This document shows positions 63,952-64,000 of a DNA stretch of 64,000 nucleotides, piece by piece. The stretch comes from an uncultured beta proteobacterium (lineage in GTDB: Bacteria > Pseudomonadota > Gammaproteobacteria > Burkholderiales > Casimicrobiaceae): contig CAWFMY010000020.1 of assembly GCA_963816925.1 (NCBI GenBank), positions 8,756 to 72,755 on the forward strand. The letters run 5' to 3'. The notes under the pieces were generated by a model that made no database searches, was not told the DNA's origin, and saw nothing but the letters and a program-made list of their open reading frames with translations. A program made the position numbers and the translations under genes. The stretch's first letter is position 1; each line of letters starts with the position of its first letter.

Positions 63952-64000
63952 CAAAATCTCCTCAATGCCTGTTCGACTCTCCGCCCGCGGAACGGTCGGG

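Overview
Very GC-rich chromosomal segment; third codon positions are almost all G/C. Gene content and order (exbB-exbD-lpxK-ycaR-kdsB-adk, thyA/folA, xseA, aroC, glnS) look like a Burkholderiales-type betaproteobacterium, which is an inference from synteny only. I can support about 55 protein-coding genes, mostly core metabolism and envelope functions. I saw no rRNA, tRNA, CRISPR array, transposase, integrase or phage gene. Four points stand out. (1) A 6.9-kb run of five co-directional, start/stop-overlapping genes (39130-45996, minus strand) encodes only uncharacterised envelope proteins (DUF2157-, DUF4401-, GDYxxLxY-, DUF2339- and DUF3999-like). It sits at the end of a 10.4-kb same-strand array headed by an ArsR-type regulator that has a perfect palindromic operator. 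This is my best candidate for an undescribed system. (2) A GlrK/QseG/GlrR-type three-component system lies between thyA and folA. Directly downstream are three TGTC-N10-GACA-type boxes, a near-consensus sigma-54 promoter, a 53-codon ORF and an intrinsic terminator, so this looks like a new GlrR/sigma-54 target. (3) The H+-pyrophosphatase carries a C-terminal OmpA-like peptidoglycan-binding domain and lies next to a probable PPi-dependent phosphofructokinase. (4) About twenty single-base frameshifts interrupt otherwise conserved genes. They are insertion-biased and clustered, which suggests consensus errors or local pseudogenisation. Many long ORFs in the supplied track are antisense artefacts of the high GC content.
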